64,000 nt of DNA, taken from the NCBI GenBank assembly GCA_964342805.1, contig CAYFHQ010000004.1:5670-69669 (forward strand), given 5' to 3'. A model generated the notes under the pieces. The model worked only from the letters and a program-made list of their open reading frames with translations. It did no database searches and had not been told where the DNA came from. The position numbers were made by a program, and so were the translations under genes. The stretch is from an uncultured Peptostreptococcaceae bacterium (lineage in GTDB: Bacteria; Bacillota; Clostridia; Peptostreptococcales; Acidaminobacteraceae). How positions within the stretch are numbered: the first letter of the stretch is position 1; every line of letters starts with the position of its first letter. Positions 30,319 to 39,972 of this stretch are shown one piece after another.

Positions 30319-32806
30319 TCGATTAATGCTTGTTCTCTTTATTGTTGCTTTGGTTCCAACTCTTTTAGTAGGTTTTTACCAATATAATGAGATGGTTGAA
30401 AATCGAAGACACCAGCAACTCTTTTTAATGAAGGACCAATGGGGCCACAGGTTAGAGCCCATTAAACATTGGACAGAAGAACTATCTGCTAATTTAGAAA
30501 GTTTTTTGACCAGCTATGATTTTCTCCAGCAATATGGAACAAGGGCTCAAGAACCCTTTGTAGAGTCATTTCAAGGACAATCGGAGGATAAAATTGAGTA
30601 CTGGCTAGAAGGCCAGGGGAAGGCACCCGTGTGGGTATTGGAGGAAATGTCACAAGCCCCCTACTGGATTGGACCCTTTCAAGGAGACACCTTTGACTCC
30701 AAGGTCTTCTATTATGTCCATGAACGAACGATCACTGTTCAAAAAAAACGAATGGCAGCTGCCTATCAAGTCCATGAAAAAAGATTCGAAAGTTTGTTGG
30801 GGCCAGCAACAAGTGACTACCTGGTCTTGCTTATGGTGAACGGGGAGCCGGTTTATGGTGATCCGAAGGCCTTTGAGGCCAAAGACCAATTCAAGTATGC
30901 TGGAAACCGCGTAGTTCCGTTGGAAGACAATCATTATGGCTACTATAGAGGGTTTTCAAGTGGCGCCATTGACGTGTACATGACTGGAGAGGGATTGATT
31001 CAAGCTTCGACATTTGCACAAACTGCAACACGACTGATCAATGTCCTATTCATTCCCCTTTGTTTGGCTGGCCTGGTAGCTTACGCTTTAACGACTATTC
31101 TCTTTTGGCCCTTGCGCCGCTTGGTTCAATGGGTTCAGCGGGTGAACAATAAGGATTATCGCCTGGAGGCCGCATCATCATTTGGCCTTTTTCAAGAGAT
31201 CGCCATAGACGTAGAACAAGCGACAATCAGCTATCAACAAGGCCAACAGGCCTTACAAAGCCAAATAGACATCATTGAGAGTGCCACTGAGGCCTTCAAG
31301 CAAGTGGAGCTACACCATGGTGAAGTGAAAAAGAAGCTCTCTGAGATCAAGCGGTCTCTAGGCCTGCAAAGTAGTTCCTTCTACGCCCTACTCCAATCCT
31401 TGGACGACATGGTTTGGATTACAGACGAAAACGGCAAAATCATTTATATCACAGACAAAGTAGAGCAAATGTTGGGATATCCCGCAGAACACTTAGTTGA
31501 TCAGTCCATCAATGAGCTGATAGCCCTACCCAATGTGGAAATAGCATTACAGTCAGATATTATCAACCAAACCTTAGATATGAAATGTAAAAACGGAATG
31601 GTTGAATCCTTTGTAACCAATACCATACGAATTCAAATCGAAAACCAGTCTGACATCATTTTGGGAATTGGTCGATCGGACAAGCACCTTGTAAATATGC
31701 AACGCCGGGCAAGGCGGAGGACAAAGGAACTCAAAAACATCCGAGCCATCACTAGACAGCTGGCAAGTAAACATGAAATGGATGACTTATTGGATGTTGT
31801 TCTCGTTACGATCAGTGACCTTTATGACATTGCTGCCGTAAACATACACATGTTGGATGAAAACAAGATGCTCTCTCATGTGAAGACCGCAGGCCCCTTT
31901 GTCAATGAAGTGCCTGAATCCAGTATTGATCCTGATGCGGATATCCGTGGCACAGCCATGATAGATCAAAAGTTAATGGTTGAAAAACAACTCATGGAGA
32001 TCATGTTCTCGGACCCACTCCTCATGAAGCCCTTCCTTCGACATGTTGGGTCGGCCGCATTTATTCCCATCATCATTGATGGAGAAGGTGTTGGCGTCAT
32101 ATCCATCTGGTTTAGGACAACCATCGGAGAGTCAGATTTAGACATGCTCAATGCCTTGGCGATTCAATCAACGATTGCAATTGAAAAATCAAGACTCTAT
32201 AGCAAGCAGCAAGAGGAGTTTGTAAAGACCATCGGGGTGCTGGCGACTGCCATTGATGCCAAAGACGCCTATACGGTTGGCCACTCCCACCGGGTGTCGC
32301 AGTTCGCCCTAACGGTAGGCAGAAAGTTAGGGCTAGACGCAGAAACCCTAGTGGATGTTGAAATTGCTGGCATTTTACACGATATAGGAAAGATTGGTAT
32401 TCCTGACTCCATCCTTGCTAAAGAAGGGAAACTCACTGGAGCGGAGTTTGCTGTCATTAAGGAGCACCCAGAAATCGGTAGTCGAATCCTCTCTCCAATC
32501 GGTTTCTCTGACAACATTACGCTTGGGGTCCTGCTACACCATAAACGATACGATGGAACAGGCTATCCTGAAACGGTTGACAGTGGTCAACCACCATTGA
32601 TATCCTTCATTATAGGTGCAGCCGATGCCCTCGACGCCATGACCAGCAACCGGTCATATACGGTTGCAAGGAGTCTAGGAGCAGCAGTAGAGGAACTCAA
32701 GCGGTGCAGCGGTACACAGTTCCATCCAGAGGTTATAAAAGTCATTGATCATATGTATCAAAATGAACCTGACATACTCCAGGAAATCATAGCTGGGAAA
32801 GGATAA
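30305..32806 (+). CDS. membrane sensor HD-GYP cyclic-di-GMP phosphodiesterase (TM-sensor-HAMP-PAS-GAF-HD-GYP)
   Basis: 833 aa. Overlaps the upstream paralogue by 14 nt. HSHRVSQF..ILHDIGKIGIPDSIL..LLHHKRYDGTGYP is a canonical HD-GYP. Confidence 0.88.
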   Translation: MKFRNRLMLVLFIVALVPTLLVGFYQYNEMVENRRHQQLFLMKDQWGHRLEPIKHWTEELSANLESFLTSYDFLQQYGTRAQEPFVESFQGQSEDKIEYWLEGQGKAPVWVLEEMSQAPYWIGPFQGDTFDSKVFYYVHERTITVQKKRMAAAYQVHEKRFESLLGPATSDYLVLLMVNGEPVYGDPKAFEAKDQFKYAGNRVVPLEDNHYGYYRGFSSGAIDVYMTGEGLIQASTFAQTATRLINVLFIPLCLAGLVAYALTTILFWPLRRLVQWVQRVNNKDYRLEAASSFGLFQEIAIDVEQATISYQQGQQALQSQIDIIESATEAFKQVELHHGEVKKKLSEIKRSLGLQSSSFYALLQSLDDMVWITDENGKIIYITDKVEQMLGYPAEHLVDQSINELIALPNVEIALQSDIINQTLDMKCKNGMVESFVTNTIRIQIENQSDIILGIGRSDKHLVNMQRRARRRTKELKNIRAITRQLASKHEMDDLLDVVLVTISDLYDIAAVNIHMLDENKMLSHVKTAGPFVNEVPESSIDPDADIRGTAMIDQKLMVEKQLMEIMFSDPLLMKPFLRHVGSAAFIPIIIDGEGVGVISIWFRTTIGESDLDMLNALAIQSTIAIEKSRLYSKQQEEFVKTIGVLATAIDAKDAYTVGHSHRVSQFALTVGRKLGLDAETLVDVEIAGILHDIGKIGIPDSILAKEGKLTGAEFAVIKEHPEIGSRILSPIGFSDNITLGVLLHHKRYDGTGYPETVDSGQPPLISFIIGAADALDAMTSNRSYTVARSLGAAVEELKRCSGTQFHPEVIKVIDHMYQNEPDILQEIIAGKG

Positions 32807-32810
32807 GAAT

Positions 32811-34538
32811 GTGAGTTATCAAGCACTCTATCGGGCATGGAGACCGAAAGTCTTCCATGAGGTGATTGGACAAGGTCACATCACGGAAACCATCAAAAAT
32901 CAGATCAAGAACAACAATATCGCCCATGCGTATCTCTTCAGCGGAACCCGGGGGACTGGAAAAACGTCTACAGCCAAAATCATGGCCAGGGCAATCAATT
33001 GCCTGAGTCCTGTTGGGGAAGACCCCTGTAACACCTGTGAGATCTGTACGGGTATGTTAGACGAGAGCCTCATGGATATTGTGGAAATCGATGCGGCTTC
33101 CAACAATGGTGTCGATGATATTCGAGAACTGAGGGAGAATGTTAAGTATCCGCCTGCTCGGGCCAAGTATAAGGTCTACATTGTCGACGAGGTTCACATG
33201 CTCTCCCAAGGGGCCTTCAATGCCCTCCTAAAAACCCTAGAAGAACCACCCTCTTATGTGGTCTTCATCTTGGCGACGACAGAACCGCATAAAATCCCTG
33301 CTACCATCCATTCGCGGTGTCAGCGGTATGACTTTAAACGAATTAACGGCAATGATATCGTGGGTCATTTGGACCACATCTGCAAGGACAATGGGATCGA
33401 GGCAGAAGAAGCTGCCTTGAAGCTGATTGTTCGTAATGCCGATGGGGCCATGCGTGACGCCATCAGTATTCTAGACCAGTGTACAGCCTTTGTTGACGGA
33501 ACCTTGAAGGTTGACGACGTTATTCACACCCTAGGAATGACAACCGAGCATTGGTTGTTCAAAGTAACGGACCAAGTGATTGAAGGTCAAACCGCATCGG
33601 TGATGAAAATGATCGATGAGTTGGTGGCAGAAGGCAAGGACATCCACCAGTTTATCCGAAGTTTAACCAATCACTTTCGCAGCCTCATGCTGGCCCGGTC
33701 AGGTGCAGACCTTGAATACTTGCTAGACGCGACAGATGACGCCATTGCAGACATCCAGAGCCAGTCTGAGAGATTGTCCATGGCCCAAGTCCTAAGAGGG
33801 CTTGAAATCCTGTCAGCCTTGGAGGCAGCCAGTAAGTGGGCAACACAGCCACGAATTCACCTTGAAATGGGTTTAATCAAGCTCATGCAGCCTGAGGTAG
33901 ACCAGTCGGTTGAGGCCCTGTTGGCGAGGATTGAACGCCTGGAGTCAGGGGCTGTTTCTGTGGTTCAACGGCCAAATTCTGCTCCTGTTACGACGGTTTC
34001 AAATCCTCTACCAACAAAGACTTCGTCGGAAAGTGTAAGCAGGGTTAACAAGCAGACGGCACCTGTGCCACAAGCCAGTCAACCGGTTACAAAAACAGAA
34101 ACAAACCCACCGATTGCAGATGCGCCTATTGCCGACGAACCGGTGGCGACCTTTGTTCCAGCTCCAGCCGACGCGTCGGTGAAAGCCATCCAGGAAAAAT
34201 GGTCACAGGTTTTGGACGGCGTGAGAAAACGAAAAGTGTCTGTAAAGGGCTTCTTAATTGAAGGGGAACCGGCCTTTATTGAAAATGGCACCCTGATGAT
34301 TGCCTTTAAAGACGGTTATGGTTTCCATATGGACATGATTGAACGGGCGGAGCACCGGGCTATTGTAGAAGAAGTGATCCAGTCCATATTGGGTTACTCC
34401 CTGCGGGTGAAGTGTGAGTATGATTACAACTTAAAGAGAGAAACGTCAGACACTGAAGTTGTTGAGCAATCTGAAGAGGACCAAATGAAGGCCTTTTTAG
34501 GGGTTCATGCAGACAAGCTTACCATTGTCGACGAGTAA
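32811..34538 (+). CDS. dnaX: DNA polymerase III subunits gamma/tau
   Basis: GTG start 5 nt after the upstream stop. MSYQALYRAWRPKVFHEVIGQ, Walker A GTRGTGKTS, zinc module CNTCEIC, Walker B YIVDEVHMLS. Confidence 0.96.
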   Translation: MSYQALYRAWRPKVFHEVIGQGHITETIKNQIKNNNIAHAYLFSGTRGTGKTSTAKIMARAINCLSPVGEDPCNTCEICTGMLDESLMDIVEIDAASNNGVDDIRELRENVKYPPARAKYKVYIVDEVHMLSQGAFNALLKTLEEPPSYVVFILATTEPHKIPATIHSRCQRYDFKRINGNDIVGHLDHICKDNGIEAEEAALKLIVRNADGAMRDAISILDQCTAFVDGTLKVDDVIHTLGMTTEHWLFKVTDQVIEGQTASVMKMIDELVAEGKDIHQFIRSLTNHFRSLMLARSGADLEYLLDATDDAIADIQSQSERLSMAQVLRGLEILSALEAASKWATQPRIHLEMGLIKLMQPEVDQSVEALLARIERLESGAVSVVQRPNSAPVTTVSNPLPTKTSSESVSRVNKQTAPVPQASQPVTKTETNPPIADAPIADEPVATFVPAPADASVKAIQEKWSQVLDGVRKRKVSVKGFLIEGEPAFIENGTLMIAFKDGYGFHMDMIERAEHRAIVEEVIQSILGYSLRVKCEYDYNLKRETSDTEVVEQSEEDQMKAFLGVHADKLTIVDE

Positions 34539-34590
34539 CAACATGATATAATAGGAACGATTATAAAGGAATTTGAATGGAGGACTAACC

Positions 34591-34929
34591 ATGGCAAAAG
34601 GAAGAAAGCCAATGATGCCTGGCAATATGGGTAACATGATGAAGCAAGTGCAGAAAATGCAAAAGGAAATGGAAAAGGCCCAGGCTGAAGCAGAAACAAA
34701 GGAATTTGAAGCTTCTGCTGGAGGCGGTGCAGTTACTGCTAAAGTAAATGGTAAAAAAGAACTGGTGAACATCACAATCGATGAAGATGTTGTTGATCCA
34801 GATGACGTGGAAATGCTACAAGATCTGATTATTGCCTCAGTAAATGAAGCCCTACGCATGGCGGACGACGCTACAGCAAAGACAATGGGTAAGTTAACGG
34901 GTGGTATGAACATCCCAGGCTTATTCTAA
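34591..34929 (+). CDS. ybaB: nucleoid-associated protein YbaB/EbfC (YaaK)
   Basis: ATG 34591 after [45 protein letters not shown] is the typical YbaB pattern. dnaX-ybaB-recR order. Confidence 0.93.
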   Translation: MAKGRKPMMPGNMGNMMKQVQKMQKEMEKAQAEAETKEFEASAGGGAVTAKVNGKKELVNITIDEDVVDPDDVEMLQDLIIASVNEALRMADDATAKTMGKLTGGMNIPGLF

Positions 34930-34939
34930 GGAGGCGACC

Positions 34940-35539
34940 ATGTCGCATTTTGCGGCCCCTATAGCACGGCTGATTGAAGAGTTCAGTCGTCTTCCTGGGA
35001 TTGGTCGAAAGACAGCCCAGCGATTGGCCTTTCATGTGATCAACAGCCGTGAGGACTACGCTGTAAGTCTGTCAGAAGCCATTCTTGAAGCCAAGAAGAA
35101 AATGAAGTACTGTAGCCAGTGTTTCAACTTGACGGACGTGGAGCTATGTCCCATATGTGCGGACCCCAAGCGGGACCAGAGCATGATTTGTGTAGTGGAG
35201 GACCCCAAGGACTTAATCGCCATTGAGCGAACCAAGGAGTTCCACGGCGTTTATCATGTCCTACATGGTTCCATATCACCCATGGACGGAATTGGCCCAG
35301 ACGACATCAAGCTACGGGAGCTGATCATCCGTGTTCAGTCCAGCGACGTGTCAGAGGTGATCCTGGCAACTAACCCCACGATAGAAGGGGAGGCAACTTC
35401 CATGTATATTTCAAAACTCCTAAGCCCTGCGGGGATATTAGTAACGCGACTGGCCCACGGGGTTCCCGTTGGCGGAGACTTGGAATATGCTGACGAAGTA
35501 ACCTTGTCTAAGGCCCTTGAGGGCAGACGAAAGCTATAA
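34940..35539 (+). CDS. recR: recombination protein RecR
   Basis: 199 aa. Hh[16 protein letters not shown], zinc finger [16 protein letters not shown], Toprim VVEDPKD. Confidence 0.96.
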   Translation: MSHFAAPIARLIEEFSRLPGIGRKTAQRLAFHVINSREDYAVSLSEAILEAKKKMKYCSQCFNLTDVELCPICADPKRDQSMICVVEDPKDLIAIERTKEFHGVYHVLHGSISPMDGIGPDDIKLRELIIRVQSSDVSEVILATNPTIEGEATSMYISKLLSPAGILVTRLAHGVPVGGDLEYADEVTLSKALEGRRKL

Positions 35540-35564
35540 TGAAATACCAGATTAATGACAGTGG

Positions 35565-35597
35565 TCCCCTGCTCTTTGGCAGGGGATTTTCATTTTC
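35565..35597 (+). terminator. rho-independent terminator after recR
   Basis: Stem TCCCCTGC / GCAGGGGA, loop TCTTTG, tail TTTTCATTTT. Confidence 0.7.
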
Positions 35598-35679
35598 TTG
35601 GAAAATTCTTTATTTTTCTGTGAGTTCAATGTTTTGGTGGGGTAGGAATACTCTATCACGTTTGATAGGGGGAATAAGA

Positions 35680-36321
35680 ATGAAAAGAGAAACGTTACAA
35701 TCTTCAATGCGAAATGAACATGGTAGTGGAATTGCAAGAAAACTACGTCGTGAAGGTAAAATACCTGCAGTACTCTATGGACATGGCAGCGAAACAAAGA
35801 GCCTTATGCTTGATGGTAGCCAAATCGAACATTTCTTAGTACACCATGGTGTAGGAGCTACTGTTGATTTAAATATTGACGGTATTAGTGTTTTTGCAAT
35901 GGTAAAGGACTATCAGCGAACCAACCTCACAAGAGACTTACTACATATTGATTTCCAGGAGCTTCACAAGGGAGAAAAAGTGCGCTTGAATGTGCCTATC
36001 CATTTCTTGAACAAGGAAGCCGTGGAAGACGCAAAATCAGTGATCGTGGAGCAAATCCATGAAATTGAAATGACCGTTCTTCCTAAGGACCTCATTGAGA
36101 TCATCAACCTGGATGTAAGCACCATGAACCATGGAGAGGCCATCCGTGTAATGGATTTGGATATCTTCAAGGACGATCGTTTTGATGTCTTCAATGATCC
36201 GGACACAGTTGTTGTAAGCTTGACAGCTGCAGGCACCAAGGTGACCGAAGAAACACCTGCTGATGAACCCCTGTCCGTTTCAGTGGAGATGGTTGATCAG
36301 GCATCCAATGGGGATGAATAA
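35680..36321 (+). CDS. ctc: 50S ribosomal protein L25 / general stress protein Ctc
   Basis: ATG 35680 after AGGGGGA (the ORF track start 35539 runs through the recR terminator). GSGIARKLRREGKIPAVLYGHG.., long Ctc-type C-terminal domain, acidic tail. Confidence 0.9.
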   Translation: MKRETLQSSMRNEHGSGIARKLRREGKIPAVLYGHGSETKSLMLDGSQIEHFLVHHGVGATVDLNIDGISVFAMVKDYQRTNLTRDLLHIDFQELHKGEKVRLNVPIHFLNKEAVEDAKSVIVEQIHEIEMTVLPKDLIEIINLDVSTMNHGEAIRVMDLDIFKDDRFDVFNDPDTVVVSLTAAGTKVTEETPADEPLSVSVEMVDQASNGDE

Positions 36322-36337
36322 GACAAATTGTAACGAG

Positions 36338-36367
36338 GAGCCAGCATTGAGCTGGCTCTTTTTTTTA
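36338..36367 (+). terminator. rho-independent terminator after ctc
   Basis: Perfect 8-bp stem GAGCCAGC / GCTGGCTC, 5-nt loop, T9 run. Confidence 0.85.
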
Positions 36368-36376
36368 TGGGAATGC

Positions 36377-36405
36377 TTGACAATTACTTCCATTATACAT
36401 ATATT
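36377..36405 (+). promoter_or_regulatory. near-consensus sigma-A promoter of the Tad-like locus
   Basis: TTGACA (36377-36382), 17 nt spacer, TATATT (36400-36405). GGAGG RBS lies 10 nt before ATG 36429. Confidence 0.6.
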
Positions 36406-36428
36406 GGGAATGTGGAGGTTGTTAAAAA

Positions 36429-37814
36429 ATGACAAATGAAAGCAGGTACACACTTATTGTAGCGCCTCACCAGCAGAGTATTGAGGACTTACGGGAGGCC
36501 ATGATTCATCGGTATCGCCATTATGGCATCCACAGTCGTTTGATTGTTAGGCACACGATTGAAGGGGCCTATCAGATCCTTGAACACGAGCAGATTGACT
36601 ATTTCATCGTGTTTGACGATGTACTCGGAGCCAGACAGTTGGCCTGTCAGCCTATCCCAACGGTCCTCATTACTAGTGGCATGTCCAACCAAGACATGGA
36701 TGCCTGGAACAAGTCCAAGGACCACTTGAAGGTGGCGCAAGAGGTGGAGCTCAAGGGGGAGGATATTGTTGACTTGCTTATGGTAGACGGGGTGTCCACA
36801 GGTCGGATGCCAGTGGACAAACAGTTGGCCACCATGGTGAACCAATATATCAGTCGGTCCTCCCTTGACACCAAGTCTGATTATGATTGGATGAGCCGTT
36901 ATCTTGAGGATTCTGATAGGAAAAAGCTCAAAGACCTCCTACCCACAGCCATAAAAAGCCAACTCAGTAAGAGTGTCGTGCGGACATTTGAGACCAATGA
37001 GAGAGGCCTATATACCATATGGGATCAACCGATTTTCGCCAGCGACTTGGCCTACATATTGGCTAAGGCAACAAAAAAACGTGTTCTCCTGATTGATGCC
37101 AACCGCCTAGAACCCAGCTTAGACTTACATTTGGGTGTTGACGCCCATGCCGGTCAATTAAAGTTGAACTTCGGCCAACCCTACGCCTCCGGTTTGAAGC
37201 TGGCCTTTGAAGCCATGGGGAAGAGGATGATGAACCGGGCCCTCCTGGAACGGGTCAGTAACCGGGTAGGGAGGGAGACTTTGTGGGTTCTTACTGGCGC
37301 AGAAGCCATACATGATTTTGAGTACTATGATCGTGAGCGTTTTGAACGACTCTTGCAATTGTCACGAATGAGCTTTGACTTTGTATTTGTGGCGACCAGT
37401 GGATTTATGTATGACCTATTTACCTGTGTGGCCATGTATGAGGCTGACCGGTGCCTGGTCCCCTTTGAAGGGAAACTCGATCGGGTCCGAGCTTTGAACA
37501 GAACCCTGATGTTTTTAGAGGAAAAGCAAAAGATTTCCTATAACAAACACGTGTTTTGTGCCTATAACTATGACCGGAAGGTGGACTTGTCCATGGATGT
37601 ACTCAATGACGTCTTCAATGGCCAAGTGGGGACACAAATTCCCTATAACATCAAAAGAGAAATCTATAGAAGCAAAAAAAGAAGACATATGGGTTTACTC
37701 AAGGAAAAGGACGTGAAAGGGTATGTCAAAGTGTTAATGGAGTTGGGCATACCGGGTCACAAGCGCTTGGGCAAGCTTTATAGAAAGGGGTTTGGATATG
37801 AGCTTGGTGACTAG
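36429..37814 (+). CDS. TadZ/CpaE-like protein: receiver-like N-domain plus ParA/MinD-like domain without a P-loop
   Basis: 461 aa. The N-terminal ~120 aa has an alternating strand/helix pattern (TLIVAPH.., DYFIVFDDV). The ParA-like part keeps ..KKRVLLIDAN.. and DFVFVATSG. Where KGGxGK[ST] is expected it reads IWDQPIFASDLAYILA. First gene of a cpaF/tadB/tadC cluster. Confidence 0.55.
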   Translation: MTNESRYTLIVAPHQQSIEDLREAMIHRYRHYGIHSRLIVRHTIEGAYQILEHEQIDYFIVFDDVLGARQLACQPIPTVLITSGMSNQDMDAWNKSKDHLKVAQEVELKGEDIVDLLMVDGVSTGRMPVDKQLATMVNQYISRSSLDTKSDYDWMSRYLEDSDRKKLKDLLPTAIKSQLSKSVVRTFETNERGLYTIWDQPIFASDLAYILAKATKKRVLLIDANRLEPSLDLHLGVDAHAGQLKLNFGQPYASGLKLAFEAMGKRMMNRALLERVSNRVGRETLWVLTGAEAIHDFEYYDRERFERLLQLSRMSFDFVFVATSGFMYDLFTCVAMYEADRCLVPFEGKLDRVRALNRTLMFLEEKQKISYNKHVFCAYNYDRKVDLSMDVLNDVFNGQVGTQIPYNIKREIYRSKKRRHMGLLKEKDVKGYVKVLMELGIPGHKRLGKLYRKGFGYELGD

Positions 37815-39000
37815 CCATCATGATCCCATGTTTGAAAGGCCTGTCCATGTGACAAAGGACATCACTGAATTGGTGGGCTTTATTACCAGTGACATTCTAA
37901 AGGAGAGTCCTGCCTTGGTTGCTGACACGGAAGCGGGGCTAACGCCTAAGACTTTACTGGAAGAGGACATCGTCAAACGTCTAGATCGCTATCAGCAGTC
38001 CCTGAATCGTTCCCAACTGACCAAGGCAGTGATGGATTTCATGTTTGGGTATGGGATTCTGCAGGAGTATATCGAGGATGAGACCATCACGGATATCGAT
38101 GGTATGGCCAAGGACTATTTCACATGCAAGCGGGGGAGAGAGGTTCAAAGGCTACCTGTGGCCTTTCCCACCGAAGAAGCCTTTGAAAACTATTGCAAGT
38201 TACTGGTGATCAGAAATGGGGGCATTATCAATGAAAATGACACCCATGCCAGGGTTGCAGACAGCAAGTACAGGCTACGGATCAATGTGTCCATAGCACC
38301 AAGGAATCTAACGGGGCCCTCCATTAATATCCGAAAACATCGTTTATCCAGTTATGGCTTAAAGGACTTGGAGACCCTGGGCATGCTAACTGTGGACCAG
38401 GCCGCCTTTTTTAGGGAGGTTGCCAGGGGGGACCAAAGGGTTCTCATAGTAGGCAAGGGCGGTGCCGGAAAAACAACCCTCCTAAGGGCACTCTTGGAGG
38501 AGGTCCCCGACCACAAGAGAATCCTGGTTTGTGAGTCGGATAGTGAGTTGTACCCCAAACGAGAAAATACGATTGTTCAGCGGATAAAGAAGGCCCATGA
38601 AGGTGGACGACCTGTGACCCTGCAAGACATTGTCCGTGATGGTTTGACCATGTCCCTAGACGGTTACTGTGTGGGTGAGATTACTGGACCCGAGGCGTGG
38701 GACTTTGTACGGGCAGGCTTTACAGACCATCAAACCTGGGGGACCATCCACGGTGTGGGCACATCGGAAGGTTTGGAGCGATTACTGACCCTCATGGACC
38801 AGGACCAAACCCATATGGGTGTAGAACGGATTTGTCAGGTTATATCCAAGAGCATTGATCTTGTTGTCTACCTCAAGGGCTTTCAAGTTCAGGAGGTCGC
38901 GAGGGTCGTTGCTGGACGTGGGGACTTTCTTGTTCAGCCCCTCGACCACCTTTCTCCTGTAGTGCCCACCGGGGAAACAGTCTGCGGTGAAAGGATATGA
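37792..39000 (+). CDS. CpaF/TadA-family type II/IV secretion ATPase
   Basis: 402 aa. Overlaps the upstream gene by 23 nt. Walker A VGKGGAGKTTLL, Asp box VCESDSEL, Walker B DGYCVGE, His box TDHQTWGTIHG. Upstream region GPSINIRKH parallels the CpaF TIRKF. Confidence 0.8.
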   Translation: MDMSLVTSHHDPMFERPVHVTKDITELVGFITSDILKESPALVADTEAGLTPKTLLEEDIVKRLDRYQQSLNRSQLTKAVMDFMFGYGILQEYIEDETITDIDGMAKDYFTCKRGREVQRLPVAFPTEEAFENYCKLLVIRNGGIINENDTHARVADSKYRLRINVSIAPRNLTGPSINIRKHRLSSYGLKDLETLGMLTVDQAAFFREVARGDQRVLIVGKGGAGKTTLLRALLEEVPDHKRILVCESDSELYPKRENTIVQRIKKAHEGGRPVTLQDIVRDGLTMSLDGYCVGEITGPEAWDFVRAGFTDHQTWGTIHGVGTSEGLERLLTLMDQDQTHMGVERICQVISKSIDLVVYLKGFQVQEVARVVAGRGDFLVQPLDHLSPVVPTGETVCGERI

Positions 39001-39971
39001 ACCCCATGCTGTTAATTGGTTTACAAGTAGTAACTGCCCTGTTTATTGGTTGTTACCTCACCACGTGGCTCAGCCGAATACGTATTCATGTAACCTTGAA
39101 AGACCTTCTAGTCCAAGGGGGCCAGGGTCGTCATGGTCCAGAGGGTGACTATACAGACCTTTACTTGTTGAACAAGCAAATATCCGGATGGACAATTGAA
39201 GGTGGCTGGCTGGAGGACCTGGAAAATCGCTTGCTTGTTCGTTCCGGTCTAAGGCAAAGGTTCCCTTGGATCAACATACAGGTCGTCCTGGGTTTTGAAC
39301 TTGCCCTTGCCTGCCTGACCGGGGTGTCTGTTTATTGGGGGACTGGGGTATGGATGATAGCTGTTATAGCTACCTTGATCAGTACGGCCTTCCCACCCAT
39401 GATGATTGGAATACTGGCCTTCCTTAGAGCCCAGAGACTCCGTATGGAATTGGCCGACTTTTTAGCGGTCTTACACCGTGGCGTTTGTGTGAAAGCGGAC
39501 GTCCTATATGCCTTTGAACAATCCCTGGACAGTGGTCTTAAGGACCCCCTAAGGTCTTTGATACATGCCTTTGTTGTCCAAGTCAAGCGGGGCATGCCTG
39601 TGGAAGACGCCCTGGAACTCTTAACTTACTATGTAGACCAACCCCACTTTCGAACGGCTATGCTCAGCATCCGTCAGACCCTGGTCTACCGAGGAGACGT
39701 GGTCACCATGTTGGAAAACCTCAGCTGGGAGGCCTTCCGCCTGGAGGACGAGTACAATCGCAGGCGGATTTCCACCCTGAAAGACCGATTTCTCCTATTG
39801 GGTGTCTCCCTGGGTTGCCTCCTTGCAGTTGGGGGCTATATGGCCCTCAATGGGCGCGTGAAAGCCTTCTATTTTCAGACGCCGTTGGGTACAACGATTG
39901 CTGTTGTTGCGGGGGTGGCTTTTCTATTGGGTCTAGTGATCGCCATGCAAATGGGCCGATTCAAATACTGA
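38997..39971 (+). CDS. type II secretion system F-family platform protein (TadB-like)
   Basis: 324 aa. 4-nt overlap with the ATPase gene. TM-cytoplasmic helical domain-TM layout (..LADFLAVLHRGVCVKADVLYAFEQSL..). Confidence 0.7.
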   Translation: MNPMLLIGLQVVTALFIGCYLTTWLSRIRIHVTLKDLLVQGGQGRHGPEGDYTDLYLLNKQISGWTIEGGWLEDLENRLLVRSGLRQRFPWINIQVVLGFELALACLTGVSVYWGTGVWMIAVIATLISTAFPPMMIGILAFLRAQRLRMELADFLAVLHRGVCVKADVLYAFEQSLDSGLKDPLRSLIHAFVVQVKRGMPVEDALELLTYYVDQPHFRTAMLSIRQTLVYRGDVVTMLENLSWEAFRLEDEYNRRRISTLKDRFLLLGVSLGCLLAVGGYMALNGRVKAFYFQTPLGTTIAVVAGVAFLLGLVIAMQMGRFKY

Positions 39972-39972
39972 G

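Noticed and set aside
35598-35679. Search for a sigma-B-type promoter in front of ctc (the classic sigma-B-dependent gene in B. subtilis)
   Set aside because: GTTT and GGGTA-like strings occur (GTTTTGGTGGGGTAG, GTTTGATAGGGGG), but none has the required 12-15-nt spacing.
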